Source: the human T2T-CHM13v2.0 reference genome, Homo sapiens
Assembly (NCBI RefSeq): GCF_009914755.1
Contig: NC_060931.1
Reading direction: 5' to 3' (one strand)
Length of the DNA: 64,000 bases
Numbering within the stretch: the first letter of the stretch is position 1; every line of letters begins with the position of its first letter. The notes beneath the pieces were generated by a model that was given only the letters and a program-made list of their open reading frames with translations, was not told the DNA's origin and made no database searches. A program made the position numbers and the translations under genes. Positions 48,931-62,309 of this stretch are shown here, piece by piece.

Positions 48931-51900
48931 CACATCATTCTAAGCCTCTCTTTTTTATGCTATGAAACGCCAGAGTTAATTTCTAATGTTGTCTTCAGGT
49001 CTAACAACATTGGCCCTAACCAATTTGTAAAGGATTTCTGTAAAAATCAGCTTACCTATAATGTCCTATGAAATTAGACAATTTTTTCTTTAGTCTCTCT
49101 TCAGTGACGTACTAGGGCAGATCTGAATTATATGAAAGGAAATAGAATAAAAGATGAGTTCTAGTTAGTAATATAAAGGTTAAAATTAAAATGGATTTCT
49201 ACTGAGGTTATTTATTTTTAAAAATATCAAATAATGACTTTCTTAATCCTTCATTTTTTTAAAGTTTCTCTGAGGTGTGGTCTTGAACCACTTTCTGCTA
49301 TCTAATATGTTGCCCCCTTCTTTCAGAAGTATTGAATAACTCAGTTCCAGGAACCCAATAGAGTCAAAACAATCTCTAAAAACTTCTAAACGTATTCATT
49401 TTGCTCCAGCAACCTTCAAAGTGCTTAAAGTTCTTAATCAATATTTACTTGTGCTTTTGAGGATGATGGCATTTGCATAGCTACAGTATAGACTTTATAC
49501 TGTATGCTTTACCTGTTGAATGTACTTTGTACTCAGCCATGCTGTTTGCCTTTACAGTAATTATAATGTTGACCATGGAAAATGAGAAAATTCTTGGTTA
49601 TAGGCATATTGTCATCCTAGTGGAGATTGCAGACACAGCATGAAAATAAAGCTGGACATAGTTATAATATCTTTAATACATTCTAAAAATGTACTTTTCA
49701 TTTTAATTTCTAAACTGTCTCCTTGGGTGATCTTTAGAAATATGAAACCATCACTTTCACATTTGTGGTATACTTTTTATTTTAGTTTTTTATTCTATTT
49801 AGCTGTCTATATATTTAAGATTATTATTTTCTAAAATATTTCTGGTTTCATTTTAGGATTCACTATGTTCTATGCTAAGTTGTGATGCAGGATTTTTGCT
49901 CCTTAGCTCAGCTAGTTCCAGGTTCTTCTCTCACAACCAGGAAGAAATAGGCATGCAGATGTCGAAGAGTGAGTGGAGTGAAATTTATTAGGAAAGGAAA
50001 GCTCTCAGCAAAAAGAGGGGCCCTAAAAGCAGGTTGCTGGTGCCCTGTTCACAGCTGAATACAGGGGCTTTTACATACGGACTGATGGGGCTGACTTCTT
50101 TATTTGTATAAGGTGAAAATTCCTGGTGCCTCCACCCTATTCCCCCAGTGTGCATGTGGGCTCTTAGTCGGCTGCTGGCATGTTTAATCAAGCCCCCTTT
50201 GCAAGTTCCCTTATCTGCACAAAACATCTGGTACAAGCACCTGTGGGGTGGGTCAGAGGCTCTCCGGGACCCTTCCCTTACTGTCTACCTAAAGCAAGGT
50301 GGCTAATGCCTTTCATTCCCCGCTTGAGGAGTGGATACCCCAACTGCTGGTGGGGAAAGTGGTCAATGACAGCTCTTAACTGCTTCCTGCTGACAGGGGG
50401 CACTGTTTTAGGAAAGCGGCAGTTAGGGCTCCTCTTGAGGTCAGTTTAAGGGTCTCCAGAAAAATGACACATTCATACCTGGTTCCATTAGCAACACCAT
50501 TTGAAGTTTAATGGCCGCTAAGCAAGAATAAACAATTAGGGTTATTAGAAGATGCACATCAAAATGAAACAAGGGGGTAAGGGCAGCTCAAAAAAACCCC
50601 AAGGCTGCTGAAATGCCCAGCAAACTGGTGGCTATAGTTATGCCTGCCAAGATCTGGGGGCATGGGGCTTGGCTCTGGTTAGCTCCCTTGGTCTTATTTT
50701 CCATAACAAAGAAACTTCTGGGTTATGGGCACCCCATTTATTCTTACCACCTTGCAGGCTTTGCAGGATAATTGTCCAGAACTAGACTATTGATCTAGAT
50801 CTTTATATTACCCATCTGTCTGTTTCTTCTGAGATACAGCCAGAGATCACTGGTTGGTTCACGGGGATAAACAGGGTTAGTCTGAAATGTAGGCAAAAAC
50901 CTAAAAACAACAGATGAGATGAGAATTTAATAACAAGTATATGGTAAGCATTGAAACATAATTTTTCTCTCTCTAGTCCCCATTTTTGTCAAAAACAAAT
51001 CATGATAGGACTAAGTTGCTTGTAAAATAAACCTTAGTCTTATACTTGGCCTGATTATTTGCGTAAAGTGCAGCATGAGTAATTGTTTTTCACACAGGCT
51101 TTTAAATCGGCTTTAATGACACTCTGTTCCCCACGGAATCTCAGATAAGACCTTTTACAGCTGAGGCCAGCCATGGGTTGGTAGCCTCAAATACCTATGA
51201 GTTGAGTAAATTCCTCTTTTCTTGAGGTCTCAAGAACATGGGTCTCCTGGGCCTATTAGAAAGTAACATTCTTTACTTACCACAGGTTAGGAACCCTAAA
51301 GGTTTTGAGAGGGATCTTTCTGCTTTCAATTCCTGGGGTTTCATAAGGAAAACAGAGGTTTTCACCCACATTAACAGGGGGCCGAGGGGGTGGGAATTAT
51401 CCACACTTATCCACTTGTGGCCTTTTCCCAATGCTGTCAGTAGCCTTTGAGTTCCCTAGACCTTGTCTATGCCATGAATGCTAGCATGACCTCTATCCAT
51501 GAAGTGGGAGCATCCTCTATCCATGAATGCTACCATGACCTCCTCTATCCATGAAATTCAGCAGGACTTAGTCATGCTAAGGTAAAGCTATGGAGCTGAG
51601 TCCTCCTCAAACAAGGGAGAGAAAAGGATGTCTTGTGAATTGGGGTACTGGCCTAATAAGATGTCTTCCAAAGGAAAAAAAAAAACCTCTTGCATAAAAG
51701 GTAACTCCTGACAGTGTGGGGAAAAGAAAAAAAAAAAAACAGCTTAAGGGCAGGGCAGGGAAGATGCCTGAGGGAAAATCCTCTAGCTCTATGCAAATGG
51801 GTTCCTCCAACAGGGAGAGAAACTTTCAATCATTGTACCCTCTTCCTGGCTTGGCCACGGGAGGAAAGACTCTGTTGGTGCATGGCGTCGGGGGGATGGT

Positions 51901-52425
51901 AAGCAGGAAACACTGGCCAGCTGGCCACATGGGGCCCTTGGCTACCGAGGCTGTCCTGGGGCCCGGGCCCAGGTGGCAGCCACAGCTCATTCCCACCCCA
52001 CATGTCCATCAGGATGGGGGTGGGCGACACCTCTAAGAACAGAAGGAAATCGCATTATTCTGAATTGCATGTCTGATGGCTGGGTCAAAGGCTCATTCTA
52101 CCTAGTAATATCTCCGCAGTTTGCAGCAACACCCTTAACATTACAAAAGAAGAGATAGGTGCCGTGACAGTACTGAAAAAAAGAAGTAAAACGCCATAGA
52201 AAAGACTGGATTGGGACGAGACCGACATTCCCAACCCCAGAGGATGACGGGGGTGGGCGTGTCATGGTCCTCTCCTGCATCCTGTCCTCTGTAGCTGTGC
52301 CATTCATTCCTAATTGGCTCACCAGAGGTTCAGTGCTGCATCTGCCTTCAGGAAAAGTCTGAGGACAAGACGGCTCAGAAATGAAAGTGAAAGGCTGTGG
52401 GACTGCATTTACTCACCCACCAGGT

Positions 52426-52443
52426 ATCCCAGATGAGCCCCCA
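52426..52443 (-). promoter_or_regulatory. primer binding site, tRNA-Pro
   Basis: The - strand reads TGGGGGCTCATCTGGGAT vs canonical TGGGGGCTCGTCCGGGAT; both differences are CpG transitions. It lies 3 nt from the LTR end. Confidence 0.9.
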
Positions 52444-52446
52444 AAA

Positions 52447-52875
52447 TGATGCAGGATTTTTGTGCCTTAGCTCAGCTACGTCCAGGTTCTTGTCTCATGA
52501 CCAGGAAGAATAAGCATGTGGACATTGAAAAAATGAGTGGAGTAGAATTTATTAAGTGAAAAGGAAAGCTCTCAGCAAAAAGAGGGGTTCTAATAGCAGG
52601 TTGCTGGTTGCCCCCTTCAGAGTTGAATACAAGGGCCTTTACATACAAGCTGATGAAGGTGGGTTCCCTATTTATATAAGGCATGAATTGCTGGTGGCTC
52701 CATCCCATTCCCCTAGTTGTATGTGGGCCCTTAGTCTGTACGTTTAGGCAAGCCCCCTTTGCAAGTTCCTTTATCTGCACAAAACATCTGGTGCAAGCAC
52801 CTACAGGGCAGGTCAAAGGCTCTCCAGGACCCTTTCCTTACTGTCTGCCTAAAGCAAGCTTGCTAACTCCTTTCA
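52447..52875 (-). promoter_or_regulatory. 5' LTR with TATA box (TATATAAA, 52678-52671) and AATAAA (52553-52548)
   Basis: Motifs are in U3-R-U5 order on -. Activity is unknown. Confidence 0.6.
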
Positions 52876-53244
52876 ATGGCATACCCCATATTAAGTAATA
52901 TAAATTCATATGAATATTCTGCTTAATTCTTTCTTGTGTAGAGAGGATCTTGCATCTACCAATCAATAAACTTCTGCTTAACATGAATTTAAGGTAGAAG
53001 GTTGTCTTTCCATGATGAATTTTCTATTTATCCAGTTTAAGAAAACATTTGCAAGCACAGGCCAGTGTTGCAATGGATAATGCGTCTGACTATGGACCAG
53101 AAAAGTATTTGCCTTCCTTAAAGAAATGTGGTCTATATAGCTGGTTACAGATGCTTTTCTGAGCTCCTTTTTAAAGAAACAGGACCCTATAGAGAAGAAA
53201 TTACTAGGCAAAGAGTCAAATAACTTTTTTTTACCACAAGACAT

Positions 53245-53385
53245 GTAAGCTCCCTTAGCTTCAATTTCTTCATTAGTAAAATAGGTATTATAATAATATC
53301 TTTCCTGCTTACTTATAGAATTGTTTTGAGAATCAAATGGGAGTAATAATTTAAAAGAACTCTAAAATCTGTAAAGTACTCTACT
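53245..53385 (+). mobile_element. MIR fragment
   Basis: gcttcaatttcttcattagtaaaatagg...agaattgttttgagaatcaaatg. Confidence 0.7.
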
Positions 53386-53474
53386 AGTGAAATATACTAC
53401 CATTCCTTATAGGAAGGCTTTTTCCTGTATAAACATTGCATGCTTACTAGTTTTATCATTACATGATTAGCATA

Positions 53475-56366
53475 TGCATTAGTTTCCTATGGCTGCTATA
53501 ACCAGCTACCAACACCTTCATGGCTTAGAACAACATAAATGTATTCTCTTTCAGTTCAGGAGGCTGAAATTATCTTCATTGAGCTAATGTGAAGGTGTTT
53601 GAGAGGTTAGCTCCTTCTGGAGGAACTAAGAGAAGATTTCTCCCCTTGCCTTTTTTTAGCTTCTGGAGGCTACCTACATTCCATCGCCCATGACGCCTTT
53701 TTTGCACCTGTGCAACCTTTTGCTTCTATAATTACATTGCCTCTCTCTCCTCTCTCTAATCATGTATTTTACTGTCTCCCTTTTCATAGAAGACAGTCAT
53801 TATATTTAGGTCCTTCCCTGATTATCCATGATAATCTCTTTCTCTCAAGATCTTCAACTTAATCACATCTGAAAAAATCCCTTTTGTCATGTAAGTCAAC
53901 ATTTACAGGTTCCAGAGAATAGGATTGTACAGGCATACCCCAAATATATTTTGGGTTAGCTTCCAGACAATAACAATAACGTCACAACAAAGCAAATCAC
54001 ATATATTTTTGTTTCCCAGTAATTATAAAACATATATACAATATATTGTAGTCTATTAAATGTGTAATAGCATTATGTCTAAAAGAACAATGTACATATC
54101 TTAATTAAAAATACTTTATTGCAAAAAAATGCCAAAAATCTTCTGAGTCTTCAGCAGGTTGTAGCGTTTTTGCTGGTGGAGAGTCCTGCCTCAGATGTTG
54201 ATGGCTGATGACTGATCAGGGTGGTGGTTGATGAAGGCTAAGGTGGCTGTGGCAATTTCTTAAAATAAGACTTCAATGGAGATTACCACATCAATTGACT
54301 CTTCCTTTCACAAAATATTTCTCTGTAGCATACCATGCTGTTTGATAGAATTTCACCCACAGTGGAACTTCTTTCAAAATTAGAGTCAATCCTTTCAAAC
54401 CCCACCACTACTTTATCAACTAAGTTTATGTAATATTATAATTTTTTTTGTCATTTCAACAATGCTTAAATTATCTTCACCAGGAGTAGAGTCCATCTCA
54501 AAAAAACACTTTTTTACTCTCATTCATAAAAAGCAACTCCTTTTACATTAATTTTTTTCTCATGTAATCGTAGCAATTCAGTCACATCTTCAGCCTCTGC
54601 TTCTAATTCTAGTTCTCTTGCTGTTTCCATTCTGCTAATGTTTATTAGCAGTTACTTCTTCTGCTGAAGTCTTGAACTCCTCGAAGTCATCCATGAGGGT
54701 TAGAATCAATTTCTTCCAAACTCCTGTTAATGTTAATATTTTGATCTCCTTTCATGAATTATGAATGCTCTTAATGGCACCTAGAAGAGCGACTCCTTTC
54801 CTCAATTTACTTTGCCAGATCCATGAGAGAAATAACTATCTATGGCAGCTGTAGCCTTACAAAATGTATTTTTTAAATATAAGACTTGAAAGTCAGAATG
54901 ACTCCTTCATCCACGGGCTACCTAATGTATGTTGTGTCAGCAAGCATGACAATAAGAGTAATCTTGCACATCTCCATCAAAGCTCTTGGGTGACTAGGTG
55001 CATTGTCAATGAGCAGTATATTTTGAAAGAAACCTCTTTTCTGAGCAGTAGCTCTCCACAGGGAGCTTAAAATATTCAGTAAACCCTGCTGTAAACAGAT
55101 GTGCTGTCATCAGGCTTTGTTGTTTCATTTATATAGCACAGGCAGAGTAGATTTAAGATAAACCTTAAGCATCTTAATATTTTTAGAATGGTAAATGGGC
55201 ATTGGCTTCAACCTAAAGTCACCAGCTGTATTAGCCCCTCACAAGAGAATCAGCTTACATTTTAAGCTCTGAAACCAGGAATTGGTGCCTCCTCTTTAGC
55301 TATGAAAGTTCTAGATGGCATTTTCTTCCAACACAGTAGAAGGCTGTTTAATCTACGTTGAAAATTTGTTATTGAGTGTAGCCACATTCATTAATCATCT
55401 TAGCTAGATCTTGCTGCAACATCTACATCAGCACTTGGTGCTTCACCTTGCAATTTTATGTGCAAAGTGAAAGAAGACTTTATAGAAAAGACTTCTTTCC
55501 TTAAACCTCATGATCCAACCTCTTCTAGCTTTAAACTTTTCTTCGCAGCTTCCTTCCCTCTCTTCATAGAATAGAAGAGCATTAAGGCCATTCTCTAGAT
55601 GAAGCTTTGGCTTAAGGCAATGTTGCAGTTGGTTTAATCTTCTATCCAGACCACTGAAACTTTCTCCATGTCAGCAATGAGGGTCTTTCACCTTCTTACC
55701 ATTCGTGTGTCCACTGGAGTAGCACTTTGCATTTTTTTCAAGGACTTACCTTTGCATTCACATCTTGGCTAACTGGCACAAGAGGCTTAGATTTCTGCCT
55801 ATCTCAGCTTTTGACATGCCTTCCTCACTAAGTTTAATCATTTCTAGCTTTCGATTTAAAGTGAGAGATGTGAAACCCTTTCTTTTACTGAAACACTTAA
55901 AAGCCATTGTAGTATTATAAATTGGCCTAATTTCAATATTGCTGTGCCTCAGGAAATAGAGAGACCCAAGCAGAGGGAGAGAGATGGAGAAATGACCAGT
56001 CAGTGGAGCTGTCAGAACACACACACCACTTGTTGATCGAGTCTGCCATCTTATATCAGCATTGTTTGTGGTTCCCCAGAATGATTTCAGTGGTAACAAC
56101 AAAGATCACTGATCACATATCACCATAGCAAATATAATAATAATAATTTTCAAAGTTGATATATTGTAATAATTACCAAGTGACACAAAGACACAAAGTG
56201 AGCACTTGCTGTTGGAAAAAGTGCATCAATAGACTTGCACAATGTAGGGTTGCCACAAACCTTCAGTTTGTAAAAATCACAGTACCTGCAAAGCACAAAA
56301 AAGTGAAGTGCAATGAAACAGGGTATGCCTGTAGATGTCTTTGGGGCCATTATTCAGTCTACCACA
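53475..56366 (-). mobile_element. MLT1C/B-like MaLR LTR split by Tigger1 (pieces 53475-53927 and 56334-56366)
   Basis: tgcattagtttccta..gctgctataac...ggttccagagaataggat | gatgtctttggggccattattcagtctaccaca. Confidence 0.85.
53930..56331 (-). mobile_element. Tigger1 DNA transposon, full length (~2.4 kb), transposase decayed
   Basis: TIRs caggcataccc / gggtatgcctg and TA TSDs at 53928-29 and 56332-33. The ORF fragment [30 protein letters not shown] is the pogo/CENP-B-like N-terminal HTH. Confidence 0.95.
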
Positions 56367-57589
56367 ATTATTACAGGACGATCACGTGTAGCCAAGTATC
56401 TTCATGGATAAGAAATCAGATGGATGCAGCTAGTTACTGTTCATGAAAACATTCACCAGCAGGGCCTTTCCCTAGAGTAGTAAGAGGTTTCTAGCCTGAA
56501 ACCTCTTGATAATTGGTCTATCAATCAATGGACACAAAAAAGTGTCACTCCTACAATGTGGGTATTCCTAAAATGAAATGTTTTCATATTAGAATGGTCC
56601 TTCTGTTAGAAAGTCCAGAAGTAACTGAGTCCTAAAAGAAGAGGGGGAGGGAAAAATGGGTGGGAGCATCAAAGAAACCAAGCTATAAGCACACCAGAAT
56701 GTTGTCTTAACAGCAGCAAGAATGTTGTCTGTTTCAAAATGCACTTTGATTCAATAAAGGCTCCCAGAGGTAAAAATAGTAATAACAATAATAATAATTG
56801 TTTTTAAACTGCTATTTCAAGACACTATGATTCTGACCAGCAACACTTTGACAAGCTATTAGAGTAACTTCTTGTCTTATATAAATAATTAATGATTACT
56901 CCCTTAAAGGGAACCATGCACTGATGCAAGGATACCTTCTCCCACATATAATCATTCTAACACTTCTTTCTGTAAAGTCACTGACTAGTCAGAAAGGTTT
57001 TTTTTTTTTTAACTTCACTATGCTTTCCTAAATGATAAATTATGATAATGGGTCTTATTAGAATTCAGGGGTAAATAGAACTGTTCAGCAAATTATACTT
57101 ATTTGCAATTGCTGAATTCCTAAATGAATTCTCATATGTTTAGGCCTATGCTGGCAAAGCAATATTAATTTTAATCTAAGTGATTTGAAAACAAATTAGC
57201 TACCTTTCTCATCCCACCCACTGTTCACTGGCAATTCTTCACCACAGTCCAAATTTGGTTAACACTTTGATTGAGTTACAGGTAAAATGATAACCATTAG
57301 GCAGTTTTTCAATTTTTATATAAATAATCTAGTTTTTGAAAATTTTAACTCAGAGCTTCATAAAATCTTCACACATGAATTAGAAAAATTGGACTAGGTT
57401 AAAATTTGAATGTTTGTCCTTTTAAAAAATCGGTATTGGCTACATAAATGTGTTATTATTAGAGAAAAGAACTGAGAGTTCTTGGAATAGAAAACTAACT
57501 TTTGCAATATGTGTTTTGAAAAAAAAACATGTATCAGTATTTCAGACTATGCCTGGTTAATAGATTGATAATCAATAAACAATTGAATG

Positions 57590-58300
57590 CAGTATAGAAT
57601 ATCCACCTTTTTACCTTTCTGCTGTTGTGTATATTCTCTATAAATGAATCCCACATCTCTGACTTAACAACTGCTCATTGTCCTTAACATGACTTCAGCC
57701 TAAGCCATTCCTCCTAACCCCTACATTTTCCTGTGGTTATCATGGTATCATACTCCCTCCAGGCTTCAATGCCATGGATATCACAGTCGTTTCTGAGGCA
57801 GTAGACATCAAATATTTACCTTTTTTTTCTTTTAAAGTTTTTTTTCTCTAGCTTATTTCCAATTAGTTATGCCATCACTCTGGATAGAAGCCCCACCACT
57901 ATTTACTTTGAATTCTTTAAGAGCCATTTAATTTTCCAGGTTTAATTCTAACCTTTCCATCTGTTTATCACACCAACTGTTTTTAAATATTGATTTTATC
58001 TCTTTATTCACTCTTAAAATCCCTGGATGGTTCTTCTTCAAGTCTTCACCAGTTTTTTGAGCCCTTTTATTTTTTAATCTCACTGGGCAACCCAACTTTA
58101 CTCTACAGCTCCTGCTTCCTCAACCACAGAAAATTCTAATTTTTCACTGCCCCAAATGTGTTCCTCCATTTATTTTGCTTTATTTTGTTGTGATGTCATC
58201 CTTCTTTCTATTCCATAAGTGTTCATATTATCCTATAGTTTTTTTCTTATTTTTGAAGTATTTCTTTCATACAAGCATAAAATATCACTCTGGCACTCAT
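57590..58300 (+). mobile_element. degenerate L2 fragment
   Basis: Pyrimidine-rich L2-like blocks (ctcttaaaatccctggatggttc, tctacagctcc). The match is weak. Confidence 0.4.
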
Positions 58301-58468
58301 GGCTGAAAGAGAAAGACCAAGCTATTCAAGTAAAACACATGAAGTGCTCTGTGTGATAGGTGACTGAATTCTTGATATTATTCTGGCTTTGCATGTAAAT
58401 CAGGTAAGTTATTAGATGAGATCATTATGGCTAATTTTGCTGACAATAATTATCTAATTTCAGGATAA

Positions 58469-58975
<507 letters not shown>

Positions 58976-61106
58976 TAAACAAATCTATAAAATGTATTTT
59001 ACTACAAGAAACATGCAGCAAAATTTTATAATTTCAAGAAAGTATTTAAAAATTAGAGTGGGGGCTATCTAGTTGTTTTTTTTTTTCAAAGTTTCAGAAT
59101 AATCAATAAAAGATTGCCAATGTGAGAACACTGAAGCCTAACTAGGGAGTGAGACTTTAGTTATAATATGAATTGACTATATAGACTATAGCCTTTAATA
59201 TTTCAAATATTCCTCCAATAAATTTCTAAAAAAACTAGTTGACTTTTTCCTGGGCACACCTTATACAAACATAGGCACTGCAGTTATGAAATGAACGTTT
59301 TATCTCTTCTATACCAATGACCTATCATTAAAGTCAGTAGGATGGAAATTGTTTTGAAGAATGCAAGTAGTTACACTTGGAATTTACAAAATTGCTTTGA
59401 AACTGCACTCCTCCTTCTTTCTACAAATTAACTCCTCTGATGGATTTTTTTTTTTTCTGGTAGCCTTTTCCTGCTCCCTCAAGCTATAATTAGTCATTGA
59501 AAATTGTCTCAGTGCATGGTTGGAAGACACTATAAACTCTGGACATAGTTCTTTCTCCTTGTTAAGAAAAGGCTGTCACTGAGTGATATAATCTCAGTAA
59601 CCTAATGACCAGAAAGTGATTTCAGAACATCATGTCCACTATTCCTCTTTAGCAGGCTGTAATAGTAGCACAGGTACAAAATTATCAGTATTCTGTCTTT
59701 TTAAAGACACTAGTAAAGCAGAAGCACAGCTAGTGCACCCAGAACTTAACTCACCTAATTGTTTACATTTTGGTTAACAGAAAAAATAATCCTTATTTTG
59801 ATAAGTATTCTGTGTCTTCATGTCATTATAAAACTAATAAACTATGAAGGTAGATAAAATCAAAACCACTCATTCAAAATGTGTTTACAGTTGCATTGCA
59901 GCTCACTTCTAGTCTCAGGCTAAAGCAGCATTTAAATGCTAGATATTTGATATCTGCAATTTTGAGAGAAAAATGCTGAATCAATTTAAAATAGCTTCAA
60001 ACATGTAGACATTTATGTGGGAACTAATTGGCATAAACAAGAGGGAAAATTGCTGAAATGATTTACATGTGCCTGTTTATAAAGCCTGCTGGATTTTAAC
60101 TACACATTATTCAATGCTTTGTTGTAACTTCGTGTATCTTATTCATCAATCACATCTAAACCACTGGGGTTCTGACAATAACAAATATGGAATGTATCCC
60201 ATTTTCTCTCTATTGTTGTTATAAGGAAAGCAATATAGAAGAAAACAAGCTAAGCCAGTAAGTCACAAAATAAAGTGAGCAAATCAGTGTGACCGGAAGT
60301 GGGACAAATCTCTTCAGGAGTCCAAACTCTTAAAATCAGATTTTTTTTCCTAATTTGGGAATTCAGCTTTACTAAATCTAAATGCTTAAGTCTTTGCCCT
60401 CAAACACAACACCTTTTAATTTGTTATTGCTGAACATTATAAATTCTGCAATTATAAATTCTGCAATTGCTAATTCTTGTTGAGGCTCACCCTGCATGGA
60501 CCAGACATAGTGGGAACTGATTTCCATGTAATGTATGATGTACATCCTCTAGTAGAAGTCAAACTTTTTATTTACTGTTGTAGTGTCACCCCGGTAGTAG
60601 CAAAGTGCTTTGTAATAAATTATTACTAAATTTTAAAAAAACTAATAATAAACAAAAATTCTAGATTGCCAAAATGATCTTCCTAAAATTGTCAAACTGA
60701 TCTTAATCTTTTTCTTTTAAATAAATCAGTGTGTAATGCATAATATTTTATGTTTTAAAGAAAATTAACAAAATAAAATTACCAGGATATGTTATCCCAC
60801 AGATGCACAGCTAATGAAATAATATGAAGAAACTTTTAATAAAACTGTCATAGAATATGTAGGAGATAAACTACACATACACAGCAACTAGGTAGAGTCA
60901 AGCACATAAATAAACCAAACAAATTATACTTTATGAATTTAAATTGTACAAGAATAAAAAAGGTAATTAGAGCTTTAGAAGATGAAATATAATCTGGGTA
61001 TTATAATATAGAGTAAAAAATAAAACAAAGTTTTAAATTATGAGAAATGGAAGATAATTTGGGAATAGAATGACCAGACAAAATATCTGATTAAAGAAGT
61101 CTCAGA

Positions 61107-61322
61107 AAGATGATACTTTCAGTGATCTTTTTTCAGTTTATTACTAGAAAAGTGTCTCTGAACCTGGAGAGCACCAGAAACCAAGAGGAGGAGATGTAGC
61201 GCTCTCTCCTGAGCTTAAAGCTGGCTCTTGGTTTTGCTTTGCTGCAACTGCTTTTTGCCATTGATGATCATTCTTCTCTTCCTCCTGGGAAGTAAGAGAG
61301 AGAAGATGCAGCACGAATGGTT
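61107..61322 (+). pseudogene. U3 snoRNA (SNORD3-like) full-length retropseudogene
   Basis: Colinear with U3 end to end: aagatgatactttcagtgatc...ttactagaaaagtgtctctgaac...gagcacc...ctcctgagc...gctgcaactgc...gccattgatgatc...tggt. Box C TGATGA (61262-67) is kept; boxes B and D are mutated. TSD-like aaagaagt flanks; no PSE/DSE evident. Confidence 0.93.
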
Positions 61323-61475
61323 CTTTTTTCCAATTTTTTTTTTAAAAAAGAAGTTTTTTTAAAAGAAGTTTTGAGAAAGAAAAAAACTTATGGAAAATAA
61401 ACAAGAATTGAAGAAATAATAAATCAAAAAACATATTTATTTTGGATGGAGACTAAAACTTGAGTGCCAGACAGG

Positions 61476-61628
61476 ATTCATTCCTTCAGTTGTTCAGTCT
61501 CTCAACAGATGTTTATTCAGCAAATATTGTATGCCAGATGCTGTTGTAAGTGCTAGGGATATGGCAGGAAGTACATGTTGTTAGGAGGGAAAGACAGGCA
61601 AGAAACAATAAGTACTAGATTATGGAAA
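61476..61628 (-). mobile_element. L2 3' end fragment
   Basis: attcattcc...caacagatgtttatt...tatgccagatgctgttgtaagtgctagggata. Confidence 0.65.
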
Positions 61629-61633
61629 GACAC

Positions 61634-62309
<676 letters not shown>

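Larger units (their letters stand above)
49883..52875 (-). mobile_element. two-LTR non-autonomous ERV1 provirus (MER83/MER61-like LTRs, MER4-group/HUERS-P-like internal region)
   Basis: Direct repeats of ~430 bp at 49883-50315 and 52447-52875 with TG..CA ends. PBS next to the 5' LTR, purine tract (aagcggggaa on -) next to the 3' LTR, and a 2.1-kb internal region without gag/pol/env ORFs. Confidence 0.9.

Noticed and set aside
51607-52898. Cluster of short ORFs in the ERV leader and LTR as gag or accessory genes
   Set aside because: No gag, pro, pol or env motifs are recognisable; higher GC content explains the longer frames.
55758-56102. Domesticated TIGD-like gene
   Set aside because: Only a short HTH fragment is in frame; the rest of the transposase is disrupted.
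61107-61322. Functional U3 gene
   Set aside because: Boxes B and D are mutated, CpGs have decayed, TSD-like flanks are present, and no snRNA-type promoter is evident.
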